Under the pieces are notes generated by a model, which was given only the letters and a program-made list of their open reading frames with translations, did no database searches and had not been told where the DNA came from. A program made the translations under genes and the position numbers. Positions 28,030-40,000 of a stretch of 64,000 nt of DNA are shown one piece after another; positions within the stretch are counted from its first letter, which is position 1; every line of letters begins with the position of its first letter. The DNA comes from a virus. Taxonomy: Duplodnaviria > Caudoviricetes. Where the stretch lies: positions 1-64,000 of IMG/VR virus record IMGVR_UViG_3300021167_000098; one strand, written 5' to 3'.

Positions 28030-31000
28030 TATTTCTTTTTTGAATCATTTAAATAAATTCTATCATAAATTTCAAAAGGTTTTCCTTGTTCTGGAATAGG
28101 AAATTCTAATGACGGATTTAAATTCCACTTATCATAGTAACTAATATATTCTCCCTTTTCATCCTTACCCTTACTAATTTTAAAGTTTCTAAATACTAAA
28201 TTACTAGGTTCTTGTACTTGTTTGCTTTCACCTTGTTTTAATGTAGTTCCTTCTTTTTTAATAAAATCTACAATTTCAGGATACGATTTACTCACACTTA
28301 AATAATTAGCTTTAGGATCTGTTGAAGTACTTGGCTTATGATTAGAAACCTCAAAAGTATTAAATCTTTGTGGATTTCCAGTATATAATGCCCAAGCATC
28401 ATCAGCTCTTTTAAAATGAGGTTTTGCTTCTTCTTTATAACGAGCCTGTTCTTTAGCTGAAAGTTTTCTAAAATCTTCAGGTTTACCTTTATACGTTATT
28501 GGTAATGGATTCTCTACATTAATATCTCTATTCTTATCTGTAGTAATTAAACCTTTGACACCTTGCATTATTGGAGGCATTATGGAATTATAGGGAGTTA
28601 CATTTTTATAAATTTTATCTCTCACTACTTTATTAACTCCTAACTGTTCATCTAATATTCCAGTTTCCTTTAATTGTTGAGCTGGAGTACCTTTATAATT
28701 AGTATTGTATCTATCTCCATTGTATAAAAATTGTTCATCTCCAGACTTACGAGCTTTAGCATAGGCTGAATCAAAATCTTTTTCATTAGAAAAATCATTT
28801 AATCCTATATTACGAGGATCTAATTTATCTTTAATATTATCTATAATATCTTTTTTAGGTTTAATAGTTTGATTAAATTCTGCTATTGGTCTAACAATAT
28901 TAGTGGACTCAGAAACCATAATATTATCTTTAATCATTCTATCTAATCCTGGAATTTTCTTTTTAGGAGGATTAGTAGGATCTTCTCCATCAGGTATGAT
29001 CATACCATCCTCAGCTTTAGGGATCACTAATCCATATTCAGCTTTAATTTGAGTTTTACCATTATGCATAGTAACTCCATCTTTTCCTATAGATAGATCA
29101 ACTCCTCCTTTGGCATGTGTTGGGTATCCTTTCAAGTCCTTAACTATTTTCCAAGTTCCACCTTTAGTAAAACCTTTAGGTTTCATACCATCAGCAGCCT
29201 TAAATAAACCTCCTCCAGGTCCACATTTTTTTATTTCAAGATCATTAAATATATCTGATGCTTGTGTTTTAATTGATTCAAATGTATCATTTATTAATTT
29301 TGGACTATCTCCTGAATTATCAATTCCCAATTCTAATAATTTAACATCTAAATACTCTTGATGTTGTTTTGGTAACTTAGCTTTTAATCCTCCTTGTCCA
29401 ATTCTATAATCTCCAATTTTTAAAGTTTTAAAATTAGATAAGTCTTTTTTAATCTGATTAATTTCATCATCTATTGTTTGTTTAAACAAATCAAAGTTAG
29501 AATCTGTCCAATTAGTGCCATAAGCACTCATTGTTGATATTGGATAAGCATTATTTAATCCTCTAATAACAGCACTTGTTGGATTATTAATAGATCCAAA
29601 ATGTAATGGTTTATTAGTTTGAGATTTATATTTTTTATAATACCAAGTATTACTGTCAATATTATCAGAAGCTGCATTAGGAGCTGATGTTCTTTGTGCA
29701 TTATCTGTAAATAAATACATTGATTCATTATCTTCAGCAACAGAATTTCTTGTATATCTAGTATTTATTACTTGTATATTAGAAGAATTATTTGATGTAG
29801 ATTCTATATTTACTTTTTCTTGAGGATAAGTATTCTCAAATAAATCTACTATTGCTTGTTGTCCAGCTTCATTTATATTTCTAGTACCAACTCCTGCAAA
29901 CCTTTCTGATAACACTGGAATATCTATTTTAGTTATTGTTCCTTTAGTATATTTATACCATTCTTGTCTTGACTGATCAAAAGCATATACTGGTTTACCC
30001 ATATCATCTGCCATAATCATAGCATAAGCTGTTCCACCTTTAGGTATAACTTTAAATGTTTTCTGACCTATAACCTTCATTCCTTGTTTAGTCTTATCAA
30101 ATACAGTCTCAAATCCTTCAATTATTGCATATACAGAATCTCCAGCTTTAGCTTGTAAGTAATCTCTTCTAACAAGTTTAGCTGAATACCTCTTACCTTT
30201 ATCTTCATTATCTAAACTGATTACTTGTCTTCCAAGATAATTAACTGCTCTTACATATGCTTGTTCAACTTCTTCTGCTTGTACAGGAGTTAACTTATCA
30301 TAAGTCTGAGGAGTATAATCTACTGTTCTTATACCAAACTGTTTACCAACCTTTTTAAACTCTCTATCAGTTCCAGGTGCATCCCCTGAATAAATTACTT
30401 TATCTTGTGTTTTGGATGCCCAGATTGTACTTGTTTTATTCAATTCTACTTCTTTATTATCACTTACAACATTGTAAGATTCAGCTAATGTATGTGCTAA
30501 AACATTATTAGGATTAACTGTAATACCAAATGATTCAAGTATAGTTCTGAATAATCCTTCAAATGCCTCTACAATTCTTTCTAAGAAAGATTTAACTTCT
30601 GGTTTAGATGCCTTAATCTCATTAAGAACAGTCTGGAAGTTATTATCTGACCAAGCCATTGTAACAAACTCCTGAACATTAACTAATCCATAATACTTAG
30701 CTTTCATCTGTGGTGTAATACCAGAGGTAGTTGTATTAATAGATTTGTTATTAGGAGATTCTAATACAAAGTTGATTGTATCCTGCAAAGATAAGATTTT
30801 ATTAGCATTTTTAACTTCATCTTGCTTTAATAAATTCATATAATTTCCAAGAAACTCAGTAAGTTCTTTTTTATTATTCTTTCTAGCAGCCTTTAAAGCA
30901 TCTTTTCTAAGTATATCTAATCTTTTAATTGATATTCTTTGAGCTTCAGTTACAGAATTAGGATCTTTCATGTATCTTTCAACAATAGGATTAAATGCTG

Positions 31001-34000
31001 AATGCCAAGACTCATGTATAATTCCAGATATAATATCTTCTCTATTAGATTTAGAGTTAAATTTATTATCTAAGTTAGGATTAATAACAATTTTATCTTC
31101 AGATGCAATGTATCTACCTGTATTTTTAGCTTCAGTATCTACTGATATTTTAGCAGTAGGAGAAACAATTTGTCTAAGGATGTCTGCAATCTCTGTTTGA
31201 TTACTATTACCATAAGTTTTAATATTCTCTAAAGCATCTGTTAAATCAGTTTCTGACTCAGGTATTAATCTATTAGCCATTTCTTCATTACCCAACTCAT
31301 ATGCATTTACAGAAGAAGTATCTACAAATCCAGTTGATGAATTCATATTTCTACTTTCATATGTTCCAAGTAAAGGAATAGCACTTAATATATATTGTCC
31401 AGTCTTAGGATCTTTATTAGTCTTAAACAACATGGTTGTATCAAACTCTCCATTAACTTCATTCTGAGGATCAGCAAATGTAATATAGTTAAACTTATTA
31501 GGTTCTCTATCTTCATCTAATTCTGTATAGATTGGGTTAGATGTACTACTAAACCAAGCATTCTTCATAGCTGAATTTCTTGCTATCTCATTACCAATAC
31601 TTGTTTTTTCTTCATCAGATAAGCCAGGTTTCTTTAACTCAGATTGTAACTGAAGTATTTTATCCAAATAAGTATTATAGTTTTGTAATTCAATAGTACT
31701 TGTATAAGATCTTCTCATTACTTTCTTAGGAGCAAAGCTAGGATTATGTCTTATGAACTGCTCCATAAAATCAGCATATTTAATATTATCATCCATCATA
31801 TCCATAGTAGCTTTATTAAGATATGCACTAACTACATTAGATTGTTGTACAGATGCAGGAATATACATCATAAAGTTATTAGCTGATTGTATTGGATTGG
31901 TTAAGAAAGAATAAGTAATTAAATCATTACCAAATCTTCTTAATTCCTCATCACTACTATTCAACATTTTAAGTAATGAAACTGTATTCAAGTACTCATC
32001 TTGTCTTTGTGACTTACCAGCAGAATATTTTAATCTTCTTTCTTTATTAATCTTATCATATTCTACTACAATACCTTTTAATAAATAATCTCCAGATGTA
32101 TTCTCTGCTTGATATTTCTTTAATCTATCAAAGATGTTATCATCTCCTTCTTTAAGTCTTGCTCTTTCTGCAACTACATCTCCACTTGAATATATATCAT
32201 TATTAGCAAATATGTAAGTTTTATAGAAATTAAATATATTTCTATAATCTTTTTCATCAAGTGATTTATTCTGTCCTTTAAAGTAATCAGTTACTTTATT
32301 GAATAGATTTCTGTAAGGAAACATTTTACCAAATAAGTTATTGGCAAATATAACTCCTTCTTTCATAGCTACACCATATTCAGAGTCTTCTAATGATTGA
32401 ACATTGTTTAACTTAATACCAAAGTAAGAGGATTCATAATTTCCATCTTGTATTCTGTCCTTAAACATTCTTTCTTTCATCAAAGACTCAATAAATGATT
32501 TACCAATACCTTTAGTTGAACCATCTATTGCCTTTTGTGTACCAGCAACTATCTGACCTACTTCATCTAAAGCTAAGAAACCTAAGAATGCATTAAGTTG
32601 AACTCTATAATATTTATCTAATTGTTCAGGAGTAGCTGAATCCAAATCTAATTTCTTAGCTGAATTAAGTTCAATAACTCCTGGTATAACTATATTTTTA
32701 ATTAACTCCATATGAGAAGGTATCTTAATATATTCATCTGCTTTCTGATGTATTAATTTATAATACTTCTCAATAATAGATGATTTTAATTTACCTTCTG
32801 CATATCTACTGAATTTAGCTTTAGAAAACTGATTAAAACTGGCAGCTTTAGATTCTATAAATTCATGTATAATATCTTGTTCCACTAATGCAACTACATG
32901 GTCATTTGCTACTGATCCTATTCCTGGTGTTCCACCTTCCTGATATCCACCTTTAGAACTATCAGATAACATTAATAATGCATTTGCAGCATTAAATGTA
33001 TCCTCATTTAAATTAAGTGCTCCTAATCTACCATTCTTAGCATTATCTACTGATTCAGACTGAATATTCTGTAAGTTTTTATGTATCCTTCTATCTTCAT
33101 TATCATATTGACTTCTAGCATCATTACCTAAAATATCAAGATTTAATACCTTACCTTTAGATTTAATTTTAATAGATAAGTCTTGTCCTTCCTGAAGTAA
33201 AGTAATACCTTTATTCTGGATCATTGCATTCATTACAATACCATTTGCTTCAATAGCAACACCTTGTTTTCCTGCTCTGTTTTCCAAATATGTATCTCTA
33301 TTAAATTTAGGAGATATTAATCCAGCAGCTTCATTCTTACTAGTTCTCTTTTCAAATTCTAATCTTAAATCATCCATATCTAATGACTCAGCTATTCTTT
33401 CAAACATATTTTCATCTGTAAGAACTTCCCAGTGTAAATCAAAATATTGATTCTGTAAAGATTTAATATCCTGACCAACTATTGAAGTAGGATCAAAATC
33501 TTTAGTTGCTTCATTTAATTCTGAATACAACTGATCTAATTCTTGTTGAATAGCTTTACCTTCAGTTGTATTTGCAAATTTTCTCTTTTCTTCTCCAATT
33601 AACTTTAAGTCACTATCTATATCTTTAACTCTTTGATCTAATTGTTTAAGTTCATATAAGTTTCTATCTATATCAACCTGATCATCAGCAGTTATTTCTG
33701 TTCCCCAATAAGATTGTATTGCATCTTCATACTCTTTAATAGAGTCAGTTGTATCTTGTCTTAATTGTTTAATAGCAGACACTTGTTCAAGAACTCCTTC
33801 TCCAACTAATCTGGTAAGTTCATCAGCTCTTCTCTTTTTAAGTTCATCTATTCTTGGAGTAAATGGATCTGTTAAAACTTTTCTAGCTTTGTATATTGCT
33901 TTAGGATTAGGATCATATTTGCTTATTTGTCCTGTCTTAGAATTAACTACATAGTTCCACATGTAAGTATATAACTTATCCACATCAAAGTCAGAACCCA

Positions 34001-37000
34001 TCTGTACTGAAATCTCAGCAGGAACAACAATAGTATTACCCATATACTCTGGTAAAAAACCAAGTATTCTAATAGGTAACATAGAGTTAGGTCCTTGTCC
34101 TGGAATCCTACCACCAATAAGGTTAAGTAAACTTGGATCTATTTTAGACATATCCAAGTAAGTTCCTGTCTCATCTGTAATAGTATAATCATTTAAATTT
34201 AATTTATTCTGAACTCCATCCTTACCTTTATTAGATAAGAATTGGAAAGGAACATATACTCCAGCTCCTACTATCTTACCATCTTTTTTAGTTATAAATG
34301 GTAAATCCATAGACATATTATGTCCTGGAACAGTAACTATATCTCTTTTAAAATCATCAGGTATTTGATCAGGAGTTATTACACCACTTGCAGATGTTTG
34401 TACATAAGAATGTCCATGGACTTTCTGCAATATAATTCCTGAAACTAATGATGCTAATACAGATTCATACTTCTGAGAAGCAGTATTAAAGAACATAGGG
34501 TCTAACTTACCATCAACTATTCTTAATTGATCAATAACATTTTTACTAAATCCTCTACTAAATGCTTCTTTTTTAAGAAGTTCTACTACTTTATTAAGGT
34601 CTTGAAACTCATATGTCTCACCATCCTCCTGAAGTTTAGCACCAAATCTCTTTAAGAAATCAGCTTTAGCTTCTCTGAACATTGCTTTTTTAACTTCAGC
34701 TTTTCTTCCAAGTACATCTGTTTTATCATGTTGGGCATATCCTTCAGTAAATAGTTTATCCATCTGAGACATAATAAGAATCTTGTTCTTTAATTCATCA
34801 TATGGTATTTCCTGTTGGATAAAGAAACCTTCTCTTGGAAGTTCTACTGGATATAAAGCATCTATATTAGTTATATTTCCTTTAGCATCCCAGACATTAG
34901 CTATTCTTAAAGCTCCTCCTTTATAAGCAGATTCATAAGCAAGTCTATCAATTGGTGTTTCTCTTAATACATCTCCTTCATAAAACATACCTTGTTTTAA
35001 CTTAGCTACTTCAAGTCCTTGAAACAACTGATGTATAATAGGCATAGATGAAGACTTAATATATACTTCAACTTGTGTAGCATAATTAGCTCCTCCAACT
35101 CCATTAGATTTAAACTGAACATTAGATACTTGTACTGGTTTCATCATGCCAAATACAAACTTTAATTCTTCATCTGTAAGTTTATATTGATCAGGTACTT
35201 TCTGATTCCATTTTAATCTATCTTGATATCTTGCTTTAGGTAACATACTCTTATACATATCCATAGTAAGATCTTGAGTACCTTTAGCAAACATAACATG
35301 TAAATGTTCTTCAAAACTTGAATACTCTAATGCATCAGCTACATTTATTTTTCCTCTTCCTTTACCATCCATTCCATACATTCCAGCTAATCTCTCATTA
35401 GCCATAATATCTTTGTTTATAGAAGCTCTATAATTATCTGATATTGCAGCAGAATGATAAGTCTTTTGTGTTTCAGGAGTAAAGGTATCTGTCTTCTCAT
35501 CATATCTGAGAATATCAAAAGAAGGCAATGTACCAGCAGCTAAGTTCTTAGCATTTCTTTTAACTGCATCTATATTAGTAGCATGAATAAAGTTATTTAC
35601 TTCTTCAGAAGTTAAATCAGAAAGTAATTTATTAGATGGACCTTTATAGAAAGATGCAGGATCTCCAGCAACTAATTGATAATATTCAAGTGAAGCAAAA
35701 GTAGAATAATAAATCATCTCTCTTGCAGCTATCTCAACAATCTGAGCATCAGTAAATGTGATTAAAGCATTTAATTTCTCACTAAATACATTCTTACCAT
35801 TACCAATAACTTTAGCTTTCCATTGAGAATCCATTCTTTTAATTCCAATATCATATTTATTCCATAAATCTAATTTGTTTTTAAGCTCTTCATTAAACTT
35901 ATTAGCTGCTAACATACTAACAAATCCAAAATCATTCTTAGGAATAGCAGTATCAAATTTTATTTTACCATTATCCAGATATATAGGATTAGTTTTCTCA
36001 TAGTTATTATCAATAATCTTTTCTATAAATTCATCAATGGTCATATTCCATTTTGTAGATGAAGCATTAGTTTCTCCAGATGCCATCATAACTAAATGTG
36101 CTAAATCTGGTTGATTTAATACTTTAGCATGTTCTTCCTGATTATTCATAAATTGTTTATAGAAAGACTCCTCACTATCTGAATCATATCCAGAGAAGTA
36201 TCTTTCAGAGTAAGTAGGTAAAATATTTTTAATTTCTGCTTCAAAAGAAGTAGAATCATCAAGTGCTGTAATATCTACAAGACTTACTATCTGCTCTTTA
36301 AGTTTTACTTTAGCAATTTGTATATTAGCAGTAGGTAATAAATAAAAATACTTGTATCCATTGTCATATTTAGTGTTTCCTGTTAAACCATCAATAGTCT
36401 TACTATCAGCTATTCCTGTACTAAGTCCATTGAACTGTCTCATCCTTTCAGATTCAATTTCAACAGATTTAACAAGATAAGCAGAGTTGTTAGCTATCTG
36501 ATCTTCAAGGAATGTATTAGATTCTCTATTAGCTGATAGACTTGTCTTAGCAAATAAACTCTTATCTGAGTTAGTTGGTATCTGAGCAAATCTTCTTTTA
36601 TTACCATTGTTTTGTATTCCTCCAAGTTCTTCAGATTCTAATTCAGCAGGTTTTAATTTATTTGATTCTTCAAATATACCTTCTGTTTCTTCTTTTAAAG
36701 CATCCATTAACTCCACATCATAAAGAGAGTCATTAACTAATTCAGATCTTTGTGCAAAAGAAGATGCATTTTCTATATCATAGTTACCTGATTTAATTCT
36801 ATCTACAACATTAGATAATGGATTAGGGATAGTATATGCAAATTTAATATTACCACTTGCACTATAAGCAGATTCAGAATCTATATTACCTCTTTTATAA
36901 GATATAAACTTACCTAAGTTACTTAGATAGTTACCTCCTTCTGTAAATGGATTGTATTTCTCCATAGAGACATAGTTAATAGCTGTCTCTGGATCTTCTC

Positions 37001-40000
37001 CAATAAGCTCTGTCTTAGTAGAAGGTATATTTCCTATATTAGAAAATAATACTCCAATAACACCAGATTTATTATTAAAGACATGACTCATATTATTTCT
37101 TTCCCATCCTTCAGCTATCTTAGCATACTCATATGGATAATCAATAATAGATTTAATCTCATCAGTTACAACATCTATTCCTAATTGATTAAGTAATCCA
37201 GCTATTTGTTCAGCATAAACAGCAGAGTTTGGAACTTCACCATATACTTCTTCAAATTCATAATATTGATTAGTAAGCTCTATATAATCTTCTTTAATCT
37301 TGTTAACTTTATCTGCATTAATTAGATAAGGTTCTGACTCTGAGTTGATTACCATATTGTTATTAGGATCTTCAACTATATCCATAAATGCACTTTGCCA
37401 TTTAGATACCATCATTCTACCTCCACTAACTCTATCAGCATCAATTATATTAGCTGAATATTCTCCTCCTTTAGAGTTCCAAAGCATAATACCAGTCTTA
37501 TTCTTATGCAAATTAAAGACTGTTCTAAATTCATTCTTGGCACTCATATCCCATTTCTCTATATCATCAGCAACTAAATTTAATACTCTAGACTGATTCT
37601 TCTGCTCTCTAAGGAATTTAACTGCTTCTCCTACTGTCATATATGGTTTATTAGCTAAAAGCTGTCTAATCAATCCATATGTGTTCTCAGGATCAAGATA
37701 TCTATCAAATCCCATTTGTGTTTCTCCATCTCTTATTAAAGCAAGTTTAGATTTTAATCTAAAGGATGCTCTATCTCTATCATCTATATCAAAGATAGAA
37801 GTATCATATCTTTCAACAGCTCTACCATTCTCACCAGAGAAATCCAAAGCTTCCATTTCATCTATTGCTAAATTACCTACTTGTTTACCAGTTATTTTAA
37901 GACCCATAGCCTGAACCTTAGCAAATGCTAAACTCTCTAACTTATTGTAATAAGAAGGCATATCCTTTAATATTGGATTAGTTTGGTTAGGAATATATTT
38001 TTCAAAATAATATTTCTTAACACTAGCTAAGTTATCACCTATATTTTTAATAGGAGCACTTTTAGCAGTACCATTAAACCTAGTCATTATTCTAGCTGCA
38101 AAGTCATTAACTAAATCATCTTTTAATGAATCAGTCATACCTGGATAATCAATAGTATATGTATCTAATAATGCTTTATTCTTATCATCATCTACAATAA
38201 TAGATTCATAATCTTCTGTTGCAATAGAGAAATCATCATCAGGTACAGGTTTAGATTTCTCTTCTGTAGCTGAAGTATCAGTATTTGTAAGATTATTTAA
38301 AGCAGCTAATTCAGCATTACTTTCTTGTTCAATCTTTTTACTTAAAGCTCCTTGACCATAAAATGATTTAGCATCATATATTACATAAAATGGTGCAACT
38401 TTAGTATTACCTATAATATGATTACTTACTCGAACACCTTTTACATTTGGGTTAGACTTTTGAAAATCTGTAAATAACTCCATAGCTGCTCCAGGTACTT
38501 CAGATAAAACATCATTAGTATCATGAATCTCAGAAAATATATAACCTTGTTTTTTTAATTCTTCATATACTTCTTTTTCAGTTTTTGAAGCATTTATTTT
38601 AACAAAATCAGCATCATTGACTTCACCTTGTATTGGTTTACCATATCTACTAACTAGAAATGAAGTGGTATTTGATGATGCGTTTAAACCATCACCAAAT
38701 TGACTAACTTGTTTATTCCCTCTTTGAAAATTATTAAAGTTAAAGTCTTTAGTATCGACATTTGTATGATGATACATAGGTTTGACATTTGCTAACCTTT
38801 CTTTCTTTTTTTGTAGTATATCAGCTTTTTGAACTTCTTTATTAGCCTCTTGAGTGGTTGTTCTTCCTAAAGCAGCTAATTCTGCATCATATTTATCATT
38901 GATTTTAAATCTTTCTCCTGCTATAAGCCCTTCATAAGAATCAATTCTATTACCTGTAACTAGCTGCCTTACCCCAGTTCTTTTAATTTCACCTTCTGCT
39001 TGTTTTTTTAATTTATTTAATTCGGATGAGTATCTTTGCTCATTATTATTTAATTCTTCTCGTCTTCTTCTTTCTATATCAGCTTTTTTATCTTGTTCAA
39101 ATTGATTAGATTTAGGTTGTTGTTCTAATGCTTTTAATTCTGCATCATATTTAGCATTGATTTCTTCCAAATATAATTTGGCATTTTCAAAAACTTCTGT
39201 ATATGTTTCCTTAAATTCTTTAGCCCTTTTATAACTATCTTTATTAAGCTTTCCTCCAGGTTCACCTAAGCTAATATTTTCATGTTTTCTAAGACTATTT
39301 ATTAAATGTCCTAAATCATTTACATGAAGTAATTTTTCTACCCATTTTTCTTTAGTTAATTTATTTTTATCTATTTCAGGTAGAAGTTCAACTACATCTT
39401 CTAATTCTTCTTGTCTTCTTCTAGCTATATCTTCAATTATATTAATTGCAGCACCAGGATCTAATCTTAGAGGAGCATCATGTTTCTCTCTTAACCATTC
39501 AGCTTCTCCTTCTTTATATTCAGAAGATTCTTCAATTGCTTTAATATCTGCTTCTGCATTCATAGCTGCATCAAAGTCAGAATTATCCACTATTGAATCC
39601 CCCATTTGTAATCCATAATCAAGATTAAATGTAGCTTGTTCATGGAATATCCATTCTCCATTAGGAGCTTTAGTTGCAAGAATATCAGTAGCTGAATTAT
39701 CAGCAAACATAGCCAAAGGAGATTTAACTACTTTCTGTAAGACTCCTTTGTTTAATTTAATAGTTTCTATGTCAACTTTAGAATTAGTATTAATCTTTAA
39801 TACATTCACCTTAGCATCAGCAATATAAGCTGATATAGCACTCTTGATACTCTCAGTTAATTTATTATCTATTAATGCATCAGGCTTAACAAAATCATTT
39901 TTAGTTGGTTTCTTATTCTTATGTTTGAATACAATTTGTCTTTCACCAGTAGATTTATCTTCACTTAAATCTATATGATCTGCTATTGGTAACTTAGTAT

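Noticed and set aside
38298-39431. Cassette repeats as a CRISPR array or diversity-generating retroelement
   Set aside because: Repeats are degenerate, in-frame and coding, with 147-459 nt inserts; no cas or reverse transcriptase gene and no adenine-specific TR/VR pair seen
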